Shown piece by piece: positions 12,295 to 23,257 of a DNA stretch of 64,000 nt (its first letter is position 1; each line of letters starts with the position of its first letter). A model generated the notes under the pieces. The model was given only the letters and a program-made list of their open reading frames with translations, was not told where the DNA came from and did no database searches. Source of the stretch: Mobula birostris (taxonomy: Eukaryota); the NCBI RefSeq assembly GCF_030028105.1, contig NC_092379.1:46486150-46550149 (forward strand). Reading direction: 5' to 3'. A program made the position numbers and the translations under genes.

Positions 12295-15200
12295 AGGCTT
12301 GAACACATATCTCGAACTAATAAAGGCAAACATGAGATGCACTTTCTTTACCACACTATCAAGTTGTGCTGCCACTCTGAGAGAGCTGTGGACATGGACC
12401 CCCAAGATCGCTGTCTATCTGAAAGGCGCACAGATACATGACATGATCGCTTGGGGTCTCCCAATGTCTCGGAAGACGCGCCCCACTTCCTCGTTTGTCG
12501 AGCTAATCAGAGAATTAAGAGAGGAAGCGAATGCGACAGAGGCGCGTCAGGTCTCCGTCAGCAGGGTACATTCCACGGTAGTAGCCTCGGTTGCTAGTGA
12601 TCCCTGATAGCCCTCCCTCGGTAGTGATAAGGCAACTCGTACCAGAATTTAAAACTGAGATATCCATGTTGTTATCTGCGGGTGCGACCACTCCGCATGA
12701 CAAAGCCGACTGGGAGTCGAACCCCCTGAGGGGACGGACGAAGCAGTGGGCTGCTGATGAATGGGGTCCCGCGGGAAGGGGAGCGACCGGTATTCTCTGC
12801 GATAATTGTGGGGAAGAGAAACACTTCAGGTGGGAGTGTGAACCGGGAAATCTTCGGAGAGTGAGCTCCCAGCTACCTAAGCGGAGAAAGACGTCGGAAA
12901 CTTGGAACCCAGTGAGGGAACGTCCTGGCTTCTCGGGGGTGGAGGGGGGGGGGGGGGTGGGGGGGCGGGGGAATACGTTCCAATCAATATATCAACGAAG
13001 ACCCTAAAGCAAAATATCCTATTCCTGAAGGCTTAGTGGGGCCAAGCTCCAGTGTATCGCTACGGATCGAGGGTATTTATGCCAGAGCCACATTTGACAC
13101 AGGCTGTCAGGTTACTCTGCTGCACCGTTTGTTTTACAGCCGATATTTGACGCATTTACCATTGACACAATTCAGTGCGCTAGAGGTCTGGAGTCTTAGT
13201 ACGGATGACTACCCGTATAATTGTCACTTGTTCTTGAATTTGGAGTTTTCGGAGACAGACGTGGGAGCAGCTGAGGCCCTTAGTACATTTGTGTTAGTTT
13301 GTCCGGACCCTGTCGAAAAGGGCGAAGCTTCAGTTCTTTTGGGGACGAATACCTCTATTGTGAAAAAGCCAATGGAAGCCTGCAAGGATAAAGTTGGAGA
13401 GCGTTTTCAGAGAACATTGTCTATTTACCTCATGTTCCGAGCTGCTTCTGAGGAAGTGTGTGGTCGCACTGGGCTGGATGATGAGCATAAACGAGGGACT
13501 GTGTGGTAAACCCAGTCCAAACCAGTCGTGTTACGGCCTGAGGAAGTAGCTAAAGTGACGGGAAACCCCGAATTTCCCGGGAATGCCTGATGTCAAAGAC
13601 CTCTTGGTTGATGCTCCGGAAGACCACGAAGAGAAGTCATCCTGACCTGCTGGGGTATTGGTGAGACTCGAGCTGCAGAAGCCCCCGGTTGCACAAGTCA
13701 ACAGGATGACTGTGATTGTCAGGACCACCTCGGAGAGGGAGGGCACCCTTAGCCGGCGTATGCCAGTGGCACACCTCTTTCCGGTGACGGTAAAATGTAG
13801 TGTCTCTGTGAGACAAGTCGGGAAGAAACTCTCTCCAAAAAAGGGAAATTTGACTGCCGAGTCATTCAACTTTGGGGACTCCCTGGTATCTGGAAGATGG
13901 AAAGGAATTTTGATAGAGAAGATGTTGAAGATGGAAGATGTCTTTCCCACTGACGAGTTTGATGTGGGTTGTTCCAAGAGCACTCGCCACACCATTCGGG
14001 AGACAGAGAACACCCCGTTCAGAGACAGGTCGCGGCGACTGGCGCTTGCAGAGGTGTGGACGTTCGGCCACATCTGCGGAAGCTGAAGGAAGCTATGATC
14101 ATCACTGAGTCCAGAAGCCCTTATGCGTCTCTAATAATGGTGACCAGGATGAAGAATCGGAAGGTACAGATGTGTGTGGACTATCTGGCTCTTAACGGGC
14201 ATACAGTCGCCGACCAGTATACTGTTCCGAGAATGGCGGACGCGTTGGCCTGCCTGAGTGGTGCGATGGACGTCAGGAGTGGATATTACCAGACACCCAT
14301 GAGTGAGGCAGAGAAAGAGAAGACGGCTACTGGGATTCTTCCAGATTGAAAGGGTAGCCCAGGACATATCAGGAGCCCCCGGCGACTTTCCAGCATGTCA
14401 TGGAGAAAGCCGTGGGGGATCTGAACTTCCTTAAGGTGTTGCTGTACCTGGATGATCTCACAGTATTTCAGTCCACGTTGAAAGAATATGAGGCTACGCT
14501 ACTGAAAGGTGCAGGGCTGCCTGAAAGATGCAGGGTAAAACTTTCCCTGGACAAGTATGGGACGCCTGTCAACTATGTGGGGCACGTAGTCTCAGCGAAT
14601 GGAGTAGCTAATGATCTGTCTAAGATAGAGGCGGCGACCACATGGCCAAGGCTCCAGTCTGTGAGCGGCCTGCCCTCGTTCCTTGGATTCTGTGAGAAAT
14701 ATCGGAGGTTCGTGAAGGACAACTGTAAGGTGAGTTACCACGTACATCAGCTTCCGTGTTGTTACAGTCTCTTGGGGAAGAAAGGGAGGAGGACCAAAAG
14801 AGAACCTGGTAAAGATTATTTTAGCCACTCGGAGCTTTTTGGAGCGAGATTGCATCCGAAATGTGAAGAGGCCTTTCAGTTACGAAAGGAACAGCTGAGG
14901 GAAAAGGCTGTGCTAGCTTTTGCAAACTCCCGATTGCCGCATGTACTGCATACGGATGAGAGCAGACAGGGCTTCGGGGAGTTCTGTATCGTGATCAGAG
15001 CACAGGGTTGACACCTGTCGCTTTCGTCAGCCGGAGTCACTCACCCTCTGAGTGAAACTACCCCACACTAAATTTGGAGTTCCTGGCTTTGAAATGGGCT
15101 GTAGTGGATAAGCTAAGTGACTATATGTATAGTGCCTAGTTCGAGGTGAGGACGGACAACAATCCATTTACTTATATCCTGACCTCGGCGAAATTGGTGC

Positions 15201-15760
15201 CACAGGCCATCGGTGGTTGCTGCGTTGTCTACTAATGAGTTCTGCCTGAAATACCGGCCGGGGAGTCGGTACATTGATTGCAATGCGCAGACACGGCTTG
15301 CGCATCAAGCCCTTGGCAGGGACGAGGAGTGGGGAACGTTCATGCCCCTGGAGTGAAAGCAATGTGCCAGTTTTCCATCACGGAGAAGGCAGGGGAAAGG
15401 CTGAGCGTGCTTGAAGAACTTAAGAGCGGCTTCGGGCTGGGCGACGAAATCAGGGCTGCAGCGATTTGCTGGGCAGCGTGCTCTTGTCCCAGGGCCTTCC
15501 AAGTCAATGGTACCTGGGTCGCAGTGCGAAGTAGAATTAAAACGCCGACCCAAATTGCAGACGAGAGCCGATTTCGTTCGCACTCCGCGATGTTCAGTCC
15601 TCTCTTCAGGGTGCCAGAGCCTTTCGCTGTTCCGTCGTTGGGTCAATTTAAACCTTGAGCCAGATAGACTGACAAGATACGGTATCGGTCGGGACGAGAG
15701 ATGATTTCGCTCGGTCTCAACGATGGTCATCTCAATAGCGCTGAGACTATAAAGACTGCT
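12295..15760 (+). mobile_element. Ty3/Gypsy LTR retrotransposon internal region (PNMA-like gag, protease, RT, RNase H), decayed and truncated before the integrase core
   Basis: Gag SFVELIRELREE and knuckle CDNCGEEKHFRWEC; protease FDTGCQVT; RT PYASLIMV...MCVDY...DQYTVP...MDVRSGYYQ and LLYLDDL; RNase H LHTDES and LEFLALKWAV. Many stops and frameshifts. Confidence 0.9.
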
Positions 15761-15947
15761 CCGGCTGCTGTGCTCCGTGCCCGCTAATAAGATGAATGGA
15801 TCAGCGAAGCTTTGGGTCTACTCCGGGGTGCTCCGGGGTTCGGATCTGAGGACTCATTTTTGGTTTGGAATGCCGTTACTCGCTTCAATTGTTTGCATGC
15901 CGTCTATTTTTGTCATTCTCTTGTGCATCGAGTCTTTCGTTAATAAG

Positions 15948-16095
15948 AGAAAACCTGCAGATGCTGGAATTCCAAGCAATACACACAAAAAAAAAGTCTT
16001 GATGAAGGGTCCGGTCCCAAGCATCGACTGTGTACTTCTTGTCCACTGATGCTACCTGGCCTGCTGAGTTCGCCAACATTTTGTCTGTGTTGCTT
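15948..16095. mobile_element. Penelope tail fragment in inverted (fold-back) arrangement
   Basis: CTGCAGATGCTGGAATTCCAAGCAATACACACAAAA is the reverse complement of the PLE tail end. It is followed by a forward tail with a decayed hammerhead. Confidence 0.65.
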
Positions 16096-16245
16096 GGTCT
16101 CTTATTTTTTTATTGATATTCTTTTTACTTTAAATTGTATTCTTTCAGATTTCTTGCTTTGTCGCTGCCGGGAAGCAAGAACATCTGAAGGACGTGTAAT
16201 TTCTACATTCTTTATTAACAAATGTACTTGAATATGAATATATAT

Positions 16246-18951
16246 TGTAGGGCTCCGGGAGCTGTGTCGGGGGGGGGGGGGGGTGTGCGCGGAGTGGGCC
16301 TGGTCGACAACCCACCCCAGCATTCCTAGTGGCCAGCGCTATTTATTGTTCTTGTTTTAAAATGCTTTCCTGGGATTATGGTGGGCTGTTCAAGTTCATT
16401 TACTGTTACATTTTAACTTGGGTTGTACAGTTACTCGTATGTTTGTTTGTGGGTCACATTGACTGTAACTAGGATACATAATGATGACCTCCACCATCAG
16501 TATGTGACTGTGTGGTTCTCTCCTCGGGTCATACAGGCCAGTCTGTTGTTGTGCTTGTTGCAATAAAGACGGTTGATGAGTTAAATCAGCTGTGCTCGTC
16601 TGTCACCGAATGGTCGCCACATTGGGATCAGGACTTGGATTAGAAATACACGGCGAGATTGAAGAGCTAGGACATCGGATGGAATGCCTTAAAACCCGGG
16701 GAATAAGCCAAGGGACTGAGCAGTATGTCTACGCCGCTACTCCGGGCTGGGCTCCCGAAGATGGGACGCCGACCCGGAGAACCTAGGAACTGAGCATTAT
16801 GCCTTCCCCAGGAACCCGGTGGGGCGAGCGTACCCAAGCTCCTGAACCCGGGGGCATAGCGGAGCACATTCCCCACCTCCCTCTTGGACCGCACCGGGGG
16901 ACTCAAGGTAACGCAGCAATGGGAGGTCGGGCAATATGGCAGGTACCACCGACACCGCTGGAGGAAGAGGAAGACCACCAGGCCTCAGTTTTCACGGAAC
17001 ATAGTCTTCCCTAAAGCTCCTCAAATAGAATGCAGTAGCCGCCTGGAGCTTTACCTGATGCGGCAAACTTGCCGCATGGCACGATGTGGGGCCCCACCAG
17101 AACGGCGGTGGACCTTGTACTGGCACCGGAAGGGGACGCCCCGCGGGTCCTGCTCGACCTAACGCCGGCTGAGCAGCATGACTATAGGGCTATCCAAGCG
17201 GCTCAGGAGCTGCGTTTCAGGCAGAGGCCATTGGAGGAAGCAATGAGAGAAGAATTGGGCAGCAGGTGGCTCCGTGTAGGAGAAAGCCTGGAGGGCGTTC
17301 GCAGCAGATCTCCGCCATTATGTTCGTCATGGCTAACCCCAGTTCCTTTCCGCGGTCCAAGAAGAGCTTGCCCTCCACGCCTTTGAAAAAGCGCTCAAGC
17401 CAGAGTGTCTTCGGCAGCATGTCACCCTGACATCACCATCATCGCTGGCAGAGGCAGAAGGGCGAAGCAACTTCACTCCCACAAGGCATTCTAGTGTCAC
17501 CCGGAACGCCGCGATGCTGGGCTTATCTCACCGAGGTGGAGGAGGAAACTGACGAAGAGGAGCCCGTGACACAGTTCCGACCAGCACCGCGCAGCACCCA
17601 TGGCGTGCCGCGGAGTGGTCTCTGCTATCGGTATGGCGAAGCAGCCATATGGCCTGGGATTGCTCCGCAGCAGCGCCACGCCATAGCCCAGCGCAGCCAG
17701 CCGGCGCCGCTCGACACCTCCAGCAGAATTCTGCGGTTGTCGCCTCTCCGGGTGGGACGTTTGGGTGAAGAACAAGGGTTTTGCGTGGATTGGTAGAGGG
17801 CGTCAGAGATCTTGCGTTGGTGGACATGATGTCAATCCTCACCATTACCTATCCGGGTTTCCTCACAACACGGCCCATCCACCCTGCCTAGGTCGACAAC
17901 CACGTCGGTCCAGCGGGCTACGATTACTGGCAACTGTGCGGCGCTGAGAGGGAAGAGGTGGCTGCGCATCGCAGTGGGGAAAACACAGCAGAATACGAGG
18001 TGCGTATGGCTGACATCCGGGAGTCCTGCCTCAATGGCCTGGGCCTGCTGTCACGCTGGGGGCGCGGGGGCGCGTGGATGTACTGGGGGCAATGCTCTAC
18101 TTCGGCGCCGAAGCCATGGTCCTCCGGCAGGAAACCTTCAGAAAGCGGACCCGGCGGGGTCAGCACAAAGCACCACGGTCTCACCGCGACCCTCCACAGC
18201 GAGCAGGTGAACGATCCTCTGCTGGTCCGAGTTAAGGGATTGCTGAGCGTGGGACGATGGCCGGAGTGGGCAGAGGTCTCCGCGCTAGATCCAGAAATTA
18301 AAGCCCTGTTCTCTCAGTGGGCCCGCCGTAGAAGCGGGACGGGCTGCTGCTCTGGCGGTGGCCACGGTGTTACGGTCCGTGCACGGGCTGGTGGGGCAGG
18401 CTGCTTCGGGGTCGCAAAGACGTTGGGCAAGTTGCGCGAACGCTTCTGTTGGTCAGTGGACAGGCAGGACGTGGAGCTGTTCGTTCACTACAAAGATGCT
18501 TGCACGTCCCAGAACGAGCCAGCGTCAGTCTAGGGCGCCAATGCAGCAGTACTAAGTGGAGGCCCCGGTAGGGGTCTACTACCGCAGCCGGAAGAAGAAA
18601 CTCTTCCCCAAGTTTGAAATCCATTAGAAGGGGCCGGGAGAGCTGCTCGACAGCATCTCCGATGTGGTACACCGAGAGCGGTTCCCTGAGTGGCCGGAGC
18701 CAGTCGTGCCGAACCGGGACCGGCTGGCACGAGCTTGGGTCTTACAGTTATTTGCATGTGTGTTTGTGGGTCACAGTGACTGTAACCAGGGTATGTAATA
18801 ATCACCTCCCCCTCTGCATGTGACTGAGTGGGTTTCTCCGCGGGTCATAGATCAGTTCTTGTGCTTGTCCCAATAAAATCGGCTGTTGAATTAAACAAGC
18901 TTAACGAGCTTTTTTTTTCGTCCGTCATCATGGACTAAATGCTCGCCACTA
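16246..18951 (+). mobile_element. Second Gypsy element, internally deleted, with two diverged LTRs
   Basis: 16417-16621 and 18734-18951 are similar direct repeats, both with AATAAA and ending near TCGCCAC. Between them lie gag and knuckle remnants (GLCYRYGE) and the integrase Zn-finger region (GVAKTLGKLRERFCWS). Confidence 0.8.
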
Positions 18952-19961
18952 TGTATCTCATCAGTAACGTCGGAGGTTCTGGTACGGAACAACATTAGTG
19001 ACGTACTTGCAAGCAGAGCCATCAATCAACTACTGCAGTCTGTCTTCGGTAGGTAACACAGTCATGAATCTAAACGGCCAAGTCACCATGGATAGCATGC
19101 TTCTTAATCCTCTGTACGAGTCTCCCATGAGTGGCGTTCTCGCATATCTCCCTAAAACCAACGTAGACATATTCTAAATTTCTACCTTTATCAATCATCT
19201 CCATCACCTTCTTGAAAACTTCAATACTGATACAAGTGATGACCTGCCTCGCACAAAGCTATGCTGATTATCCCTAACTAAGCTATGCTTTTCCAAATGC
19301 TCATAAATTCTATTTCTAAGAATCCTCTACATCAGTTTCCCTGCCACTGACAATAAGATCCACCAATCTATTATTTCCAGATTAACGCCATTTCCATTCC
19401 TGAATAAAGGAATAACATCCCCCCCGCCACCAAAAAAAAAGCTTGTTCCCTCAGGGTGTGAGAATAATGAATACTCAACCAACACCTATGTATCGTCTCT
19501 AGGACAGCGGACTGCTTACTGTACTGTTTACTACTTATCTGCGCTCCGCATTACTACATACATTTTGAATTATATTTTACTAAAATATTTATAGTATACT
19601 TTGGTGTTTTGTATGTGTGTGGTATATGTTGTGTGGATGCACCGTCGTCCGGAGGCACGTTGTTTCGTTTCGTTGTATATATGTACACTCAAATGACAAT
19701 AAACGAACTTCAAGTTGAACTTGTACAAATATGTTGGTCATGGCGCCAGCAATCACCATTCTCGCCTTTCTCTAGAATACTTCAGTAGGCCCTGCAAACA
19801 CTTCAAGACGAATGGTTTTAAAGACATTCCTAATCTTGAAATGTCCTGACAAATTAGCATGCTCCACTCTGGTCTCAAGACCCTCTAATTCTCTCCTCTT
19901 GGTAAAAACATATGCAAAGTACACTTTAGGACTGCACGTTAATAATCGCTCTCCAAAAGCA

Positions 19962-20506
19962 TGCTACACACATCAAAGTTGCTGGTGAATGCAGCAGGCC
20001 AGGCAGCATCTCTAGGAAGAGGTACAGTCGACGTTTCAGGCCGATACCCTTCGTCAGGACTAACTGAAGGAAGAGTGAGTAAGGGATTTGAAAGTTGGAG
20101 GGGGAGGGGGAGATCCAAAATGATAGGACAAGACAGGAGGGAGAGGGATGGAGCCAAGAGCTGGACAGGTGATTGGCAAAGGGGATACGAGAGGATCATG
20201 GGACAGGAGGTCCGGGGAGAAAGACAACGGGGAGAGAACCCAGAGGATGGGCAAGGTGTATAGTCAGAGGGACAAAGGGAGAAAAAGGAGAGTGAGAGAA
20301 AGAATGTGTGCGTAAATATAAATAACAGATAGGGTACAAGGGGGAGGTGGGGCATTAGTGGAAGTTAGAGAAGTCGATGTTCATGCCATCAGGTTGGAGG
20401 CTACCCAGACGGAATATAAGGTGTTGTTCCTCCAACCTGAGTGTGGCTTCATCTTTACAGTAGAGGAGGCCGTGGATAGACATGTCAGAATGGGAATGGG
20501 ATGTGG
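19962..20506 (-). mobile_element. Penelope-like element 3' end, well preserved
   Basis: Reverse strand of 20358-20506 reads SHSHSDMSIHGLLYCKDEATLRLEEQHLIFRLGSLQPDGMNIDFSNF, followed by the tail. Confidence 0.9.
20025..20062 (-). ncRNA. Minimal type I hammerhead ribozyme (PLE-associated)
   Basis: Minus strand TAGTC-CTGACGA-AGGGTATCGGCCT-GAAA-C-GTC^GACTG: intact CUGANGA and GAAA boxes, stem I AGTC/GACT, stem II AGG/CCT and a GUC cleavage triplet. Confidence 0.75.
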
Positions 20507-20627
20507 AGAATTCCTGTTGTTTCCAGTTCCAAAAGCATGCATCCTACTTTATCCGTGAATGGTTCTATCCTCTGCCGAGTTATCTTTGTTTCTTGAGGTA
20601 TGTATCCGACTTGCCAAAATATGGTGT

Positions 20628-20635
20628 CTCTCTCC

Positions 20636-20678
<43 letters not shown>

Positions 20679-20690
20679 TCTCTCTCTCAC
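20628..20690. repeat. Compound (CT)n(CA)n microsatellite
   Basis: Seen directly. Other simple repeats: (TG)n ~587-623, poly-G ~12945-12972, (CA)n ~50522-50549. Confidence 0.95.
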
Positions 20691-21600
20691 TCTCCTAATT
20701 TTCTTATTGAGACTTTTCTCGCTTATTTATATTTTTTTCAGTATCACCGTTCGATTTTATCTCCCTAAACCTTCAGCATGTATTCTTTATCTTCTTGACT
20801 AAATTTGCCACGTCTGCCGCTATCCACTCTTCCCAAGAAGTTATATATTCCATTAAAATTATGTATTTTATGCGTATCGGCTACCCTCGGAAGTTGATCA
20901 TTTATCATATTCATTGCCCATCTTCTTCTCCCTTTGACATCATTATGGAATATGGTTCGTAGTTGGCCATGTTGTTCGAATTTGACAAATCCCTTCACAA
21001 TGAACAATCTGATGGGATCTTCGTCCCTCAGTCCATTTCCTTTCTGTGTTCTGATCAGAAATGACTCCGATTACTACCCTAAATTATGCAGACCGGAGTT
21101 TTTTCATTGTAATGCTTTCTGTTTGGTCGAGTTCCTCCAATATCTTGCGTGTTGCTTCGTTACTATCCACGCACGTTGCATGCGAAGTCTCGAAACCACA
21201 ATTGAATATAAACTTCGGCTAAGATTTTGTTACTACGTCTGGGATCAGATTCATGTTGACCACCAATGGTGAATAGAGGAAGCAAGATAGGGAGACAGGG
21301 ATGTGTTCAGTTTGTCTGCATCAATAAGAATACTCCTTTGTTATTCGTGGTGTTGAACGAATTGGTTTCAGAGTATTTTCTGTGCCATAATGACTTTGAC
21401 TTTTAACATAGTTTTGCGAAGCTCTCTCCATATAACAGATCAAAGAGAAATACGTTCAGTACGATGGGAGGGAGCAATGAAGATCTTTCTCTAAGTTTCT
21501 ATCCATACATTCACGTTAATGCGTCATATATTTTACCGATGTAATTATGGGATATAATGCATATCATTATCCAAGCTATAATCCTAGTGAATGTGCAGTC

Positions 21601-21643
21601 ATTAGCATTATGCAAATGAGGCCAGACTCTCGAGGCTTATAAA
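21601..21643 (+). promoter_or_regulatory. IgNAR: IgNAR V promoter: octamer and TATA box
   Basis: ATGCAAAT at 21610-21617, octamer-like ATTAGCAT at 21601-21608, TATAAA at 21638-21643; leader ATG at 21734. Confidence 0.8.
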
Positions 21644-21733
21644 GTCTTTGCTCCTCCACAAGGTTGCACAGACAGCCTGCGCTGATGTCTGGAACCTTCT
21701 CTGTTTAGCAGGCTTTCAGGTCGTGAAGGAACG

Positions 21734-21776
21734 ATGAACATTTTATGTGTTTCGTTATTTTTAACCTGGTTGCCAA
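21734..21776 (+). CDS. IgNAR: IgNAR leader exon (MNILCVSLFLTWLP)
   Basis: ATG, 43 nt, phase-1 donor GTAAGT. Spliced leader MNILCVSLFLTWLPNAFG resembles the recalled shark NAR leader MNIFLLSVLLAWLPNVFT. Confidence 0.92.
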
Positions 21777-21904
21777 GTAAGTACAGTTCAGTTTTAAAGA
21801 GAATAATGGTTACTATATTGCCGTTGTTTCCACAAATTTCATTTTATATTAAATCCTGCGCTGCTTCAGGTATGCGATGATTAAATATGTTTTCCTTCCT
21901 TCAG

Positions 21905-22176
21905 ATGCCTTCGGTATATTGGTTGAACAGACACCAAGAGAAGCAATAAAACAACCAGGCGAAACTCTGACCATCAACTGTGTTTTAAAAGATGCTGCCC
22001 ATAGCCTGAATTGCACAGCATGGTTCATCCAAAGACCGAGTCAATCGGATTGGGATAGGCTGTCTATTGGAGGACGATATTCGGAATCAGTCAACAGCAC
22101 AACAAAGTCCTTTTCCCTGCAGATCAGCAACCTAATTGTTGAAGACACGGCCACGTATTTTTGCTGTGATGAAGAC
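21905..22176 (+). CDS. IgNAR: VNAR variable exon, unrearranged
   Basis: Acceptor TTTCCTTCCTTCAG. ILVEQTP...GETLTINC22...W36...GGRYSESVN..KSFSL.I..L.VEDTATYFC83, with the CDR2 deletion typical of VNAR. Open frame. Confidence 0.96.
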
Positions 22177-22214
22177 CACAGTAACGAAGCTGAGCCCACG
22201 CCAATTCAAAAAGT
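22177..22214 (+). other. V 3' RSS (22-bp spacer)
   Basis: CACAGTA 22177-22183, 22-nt spacer, TCAAAAAGT 22206-22214. Confidence 0.9.
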
Positions 22215-22409
22215 TTGAAAATCTTTCACGCGAGAATCTCTGACTGCTTCGTTGTCTTGGAAAAGAAAATTACTGAGCAGCAGTTGATTCCGCTGTAGAG
22301 CGAGCGTACATTAGTACGAAGTTGGCGACAGTCACAATGCCGCTTATATCCAAGTGGACACAGTTGGAGGTGCAGCGTCAGTATTCTCCCAGAGTTATGT
22401 AAATGGAGA

Positions 22410-22487
22410 CCTTATTGCTATTGAATCAACCACTGTGCCAAATGCAAACCACAGTGATGAATCTTCAGGCCCCTTCATGCACAAATC
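22410..22487 (+). other. IgNAR: D1 segment (CCAAATGCAAAC, 22438-22449) with 5' 12-RSS and 3' 22-RSS
   Basis: CCTTATTGC-12-CACTGTG | 12-nt core | CACAGTG-22-GCACAAATC. Confidence 0.88.
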
Positions 22488-22799
22488 GCCTCGGCAGTTA
22501 TTAATGTGAAATTAATGTAAAATATTCCTTTAGGGACTAAAACTGCTTTCTGACAAAGATTCTTTATCTCTGCCAGAGACTGGTACACAAAGCATATCCT
22601 TGCTCTATATGTTTGTGCAATTGCAGTACATATGTGATAATCATATTAATAACAAGGCCTTGATGTTATTTACCTGGCTGAGAATGATTATCGACGGGAT
22701 TTAAACAAGCCAGTGCAACTATTTAATTCATGTCCCCTACCATCGTATCGTGGACGTATGGGATTATCTGACGGATTTATACGCTATTTACAACAATGA

Positions 22800-22867
22800 G
22801 GATATTGTGCTGATGTGAACTGATGTGCAAAAACATTGCCACAGTAGTCAAAGCCATAGCACAAACC
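22800..22867 (+). other. IgNAR: D2 segment (CAAAAACATTGC, 22828-22839) with 5' 12-RSS and 3' 12-RSS
   Basis: GGATATTGT-12-TGATGTG | 12-nt core | CACAGTA-12-GCACAAACC. Confidence 0.85.
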
Positions 22868-23171
22868 TCCGAGACAGTTTTATCTTTTTTAAGCTCATCT
22901 CTTTGTAAAAGGGACTACAAAATATGCCGTTACGTGCATGGATGTTACTCAACATAGTTTTTTCAAACAACTTTACTTCTCCTTTAGGTTGAATTCTACT
23001 TACAGTCCCTGGTACTCAAACAGCGAAATTCCAGTTTTATTATCATATGCGCTTACAGCGCACTGAATAAATACAAGGGCGGGTGAAACTGAAGGAAATG
23101 GAATATATTGGTCAGCACTTCGTTCCTGTATTATTTGGAAAGCCTCCGTCTACAATTCAGTTTCAATGATT

Positions 23172-23210
23172 ACTTTTTGAATTGTGCTAAATAGGAAGTT
23201 AATCATTGTG
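23172..23210 (+). other. J 5' RSS (23-bp spacer)
   Basis: ACTTTTTGA 23172-23180, 23-nt spacer, CATTGTG 23204-23210. Confidence 0.85.
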
Positions 23211-23257
23211 TTGCGGACACCGTAACGGAACTGGTACAAAGCTGACTGTGAAACCTG
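23211..23257 (+). CDS. IgNAR: IgNAR J segment (CGHRNGTGTKLTVKP)
   Basis: Follows the RSS; G-T-G-T-K-L-T-V FR4 motif; phase-1 donor GTAAGC at 23258. Confidence 0.92.

Noticed and set aside
18750-18757. Perfect octamer ATTTGCAT ~2.9 kb upstream of the V promoter
   Set aside because: It lies in a Gypsy LTR and is absent from the sister LTR; a single 8-mer is expected by chance at this scale.
22333-22365. CACAATG (22333) and CACAGTT (22359) as RSSs of a third D
   Set aside because: No nonamer at 12 or 22/23 nt, and no upstream partner heptamer ending in GTG.
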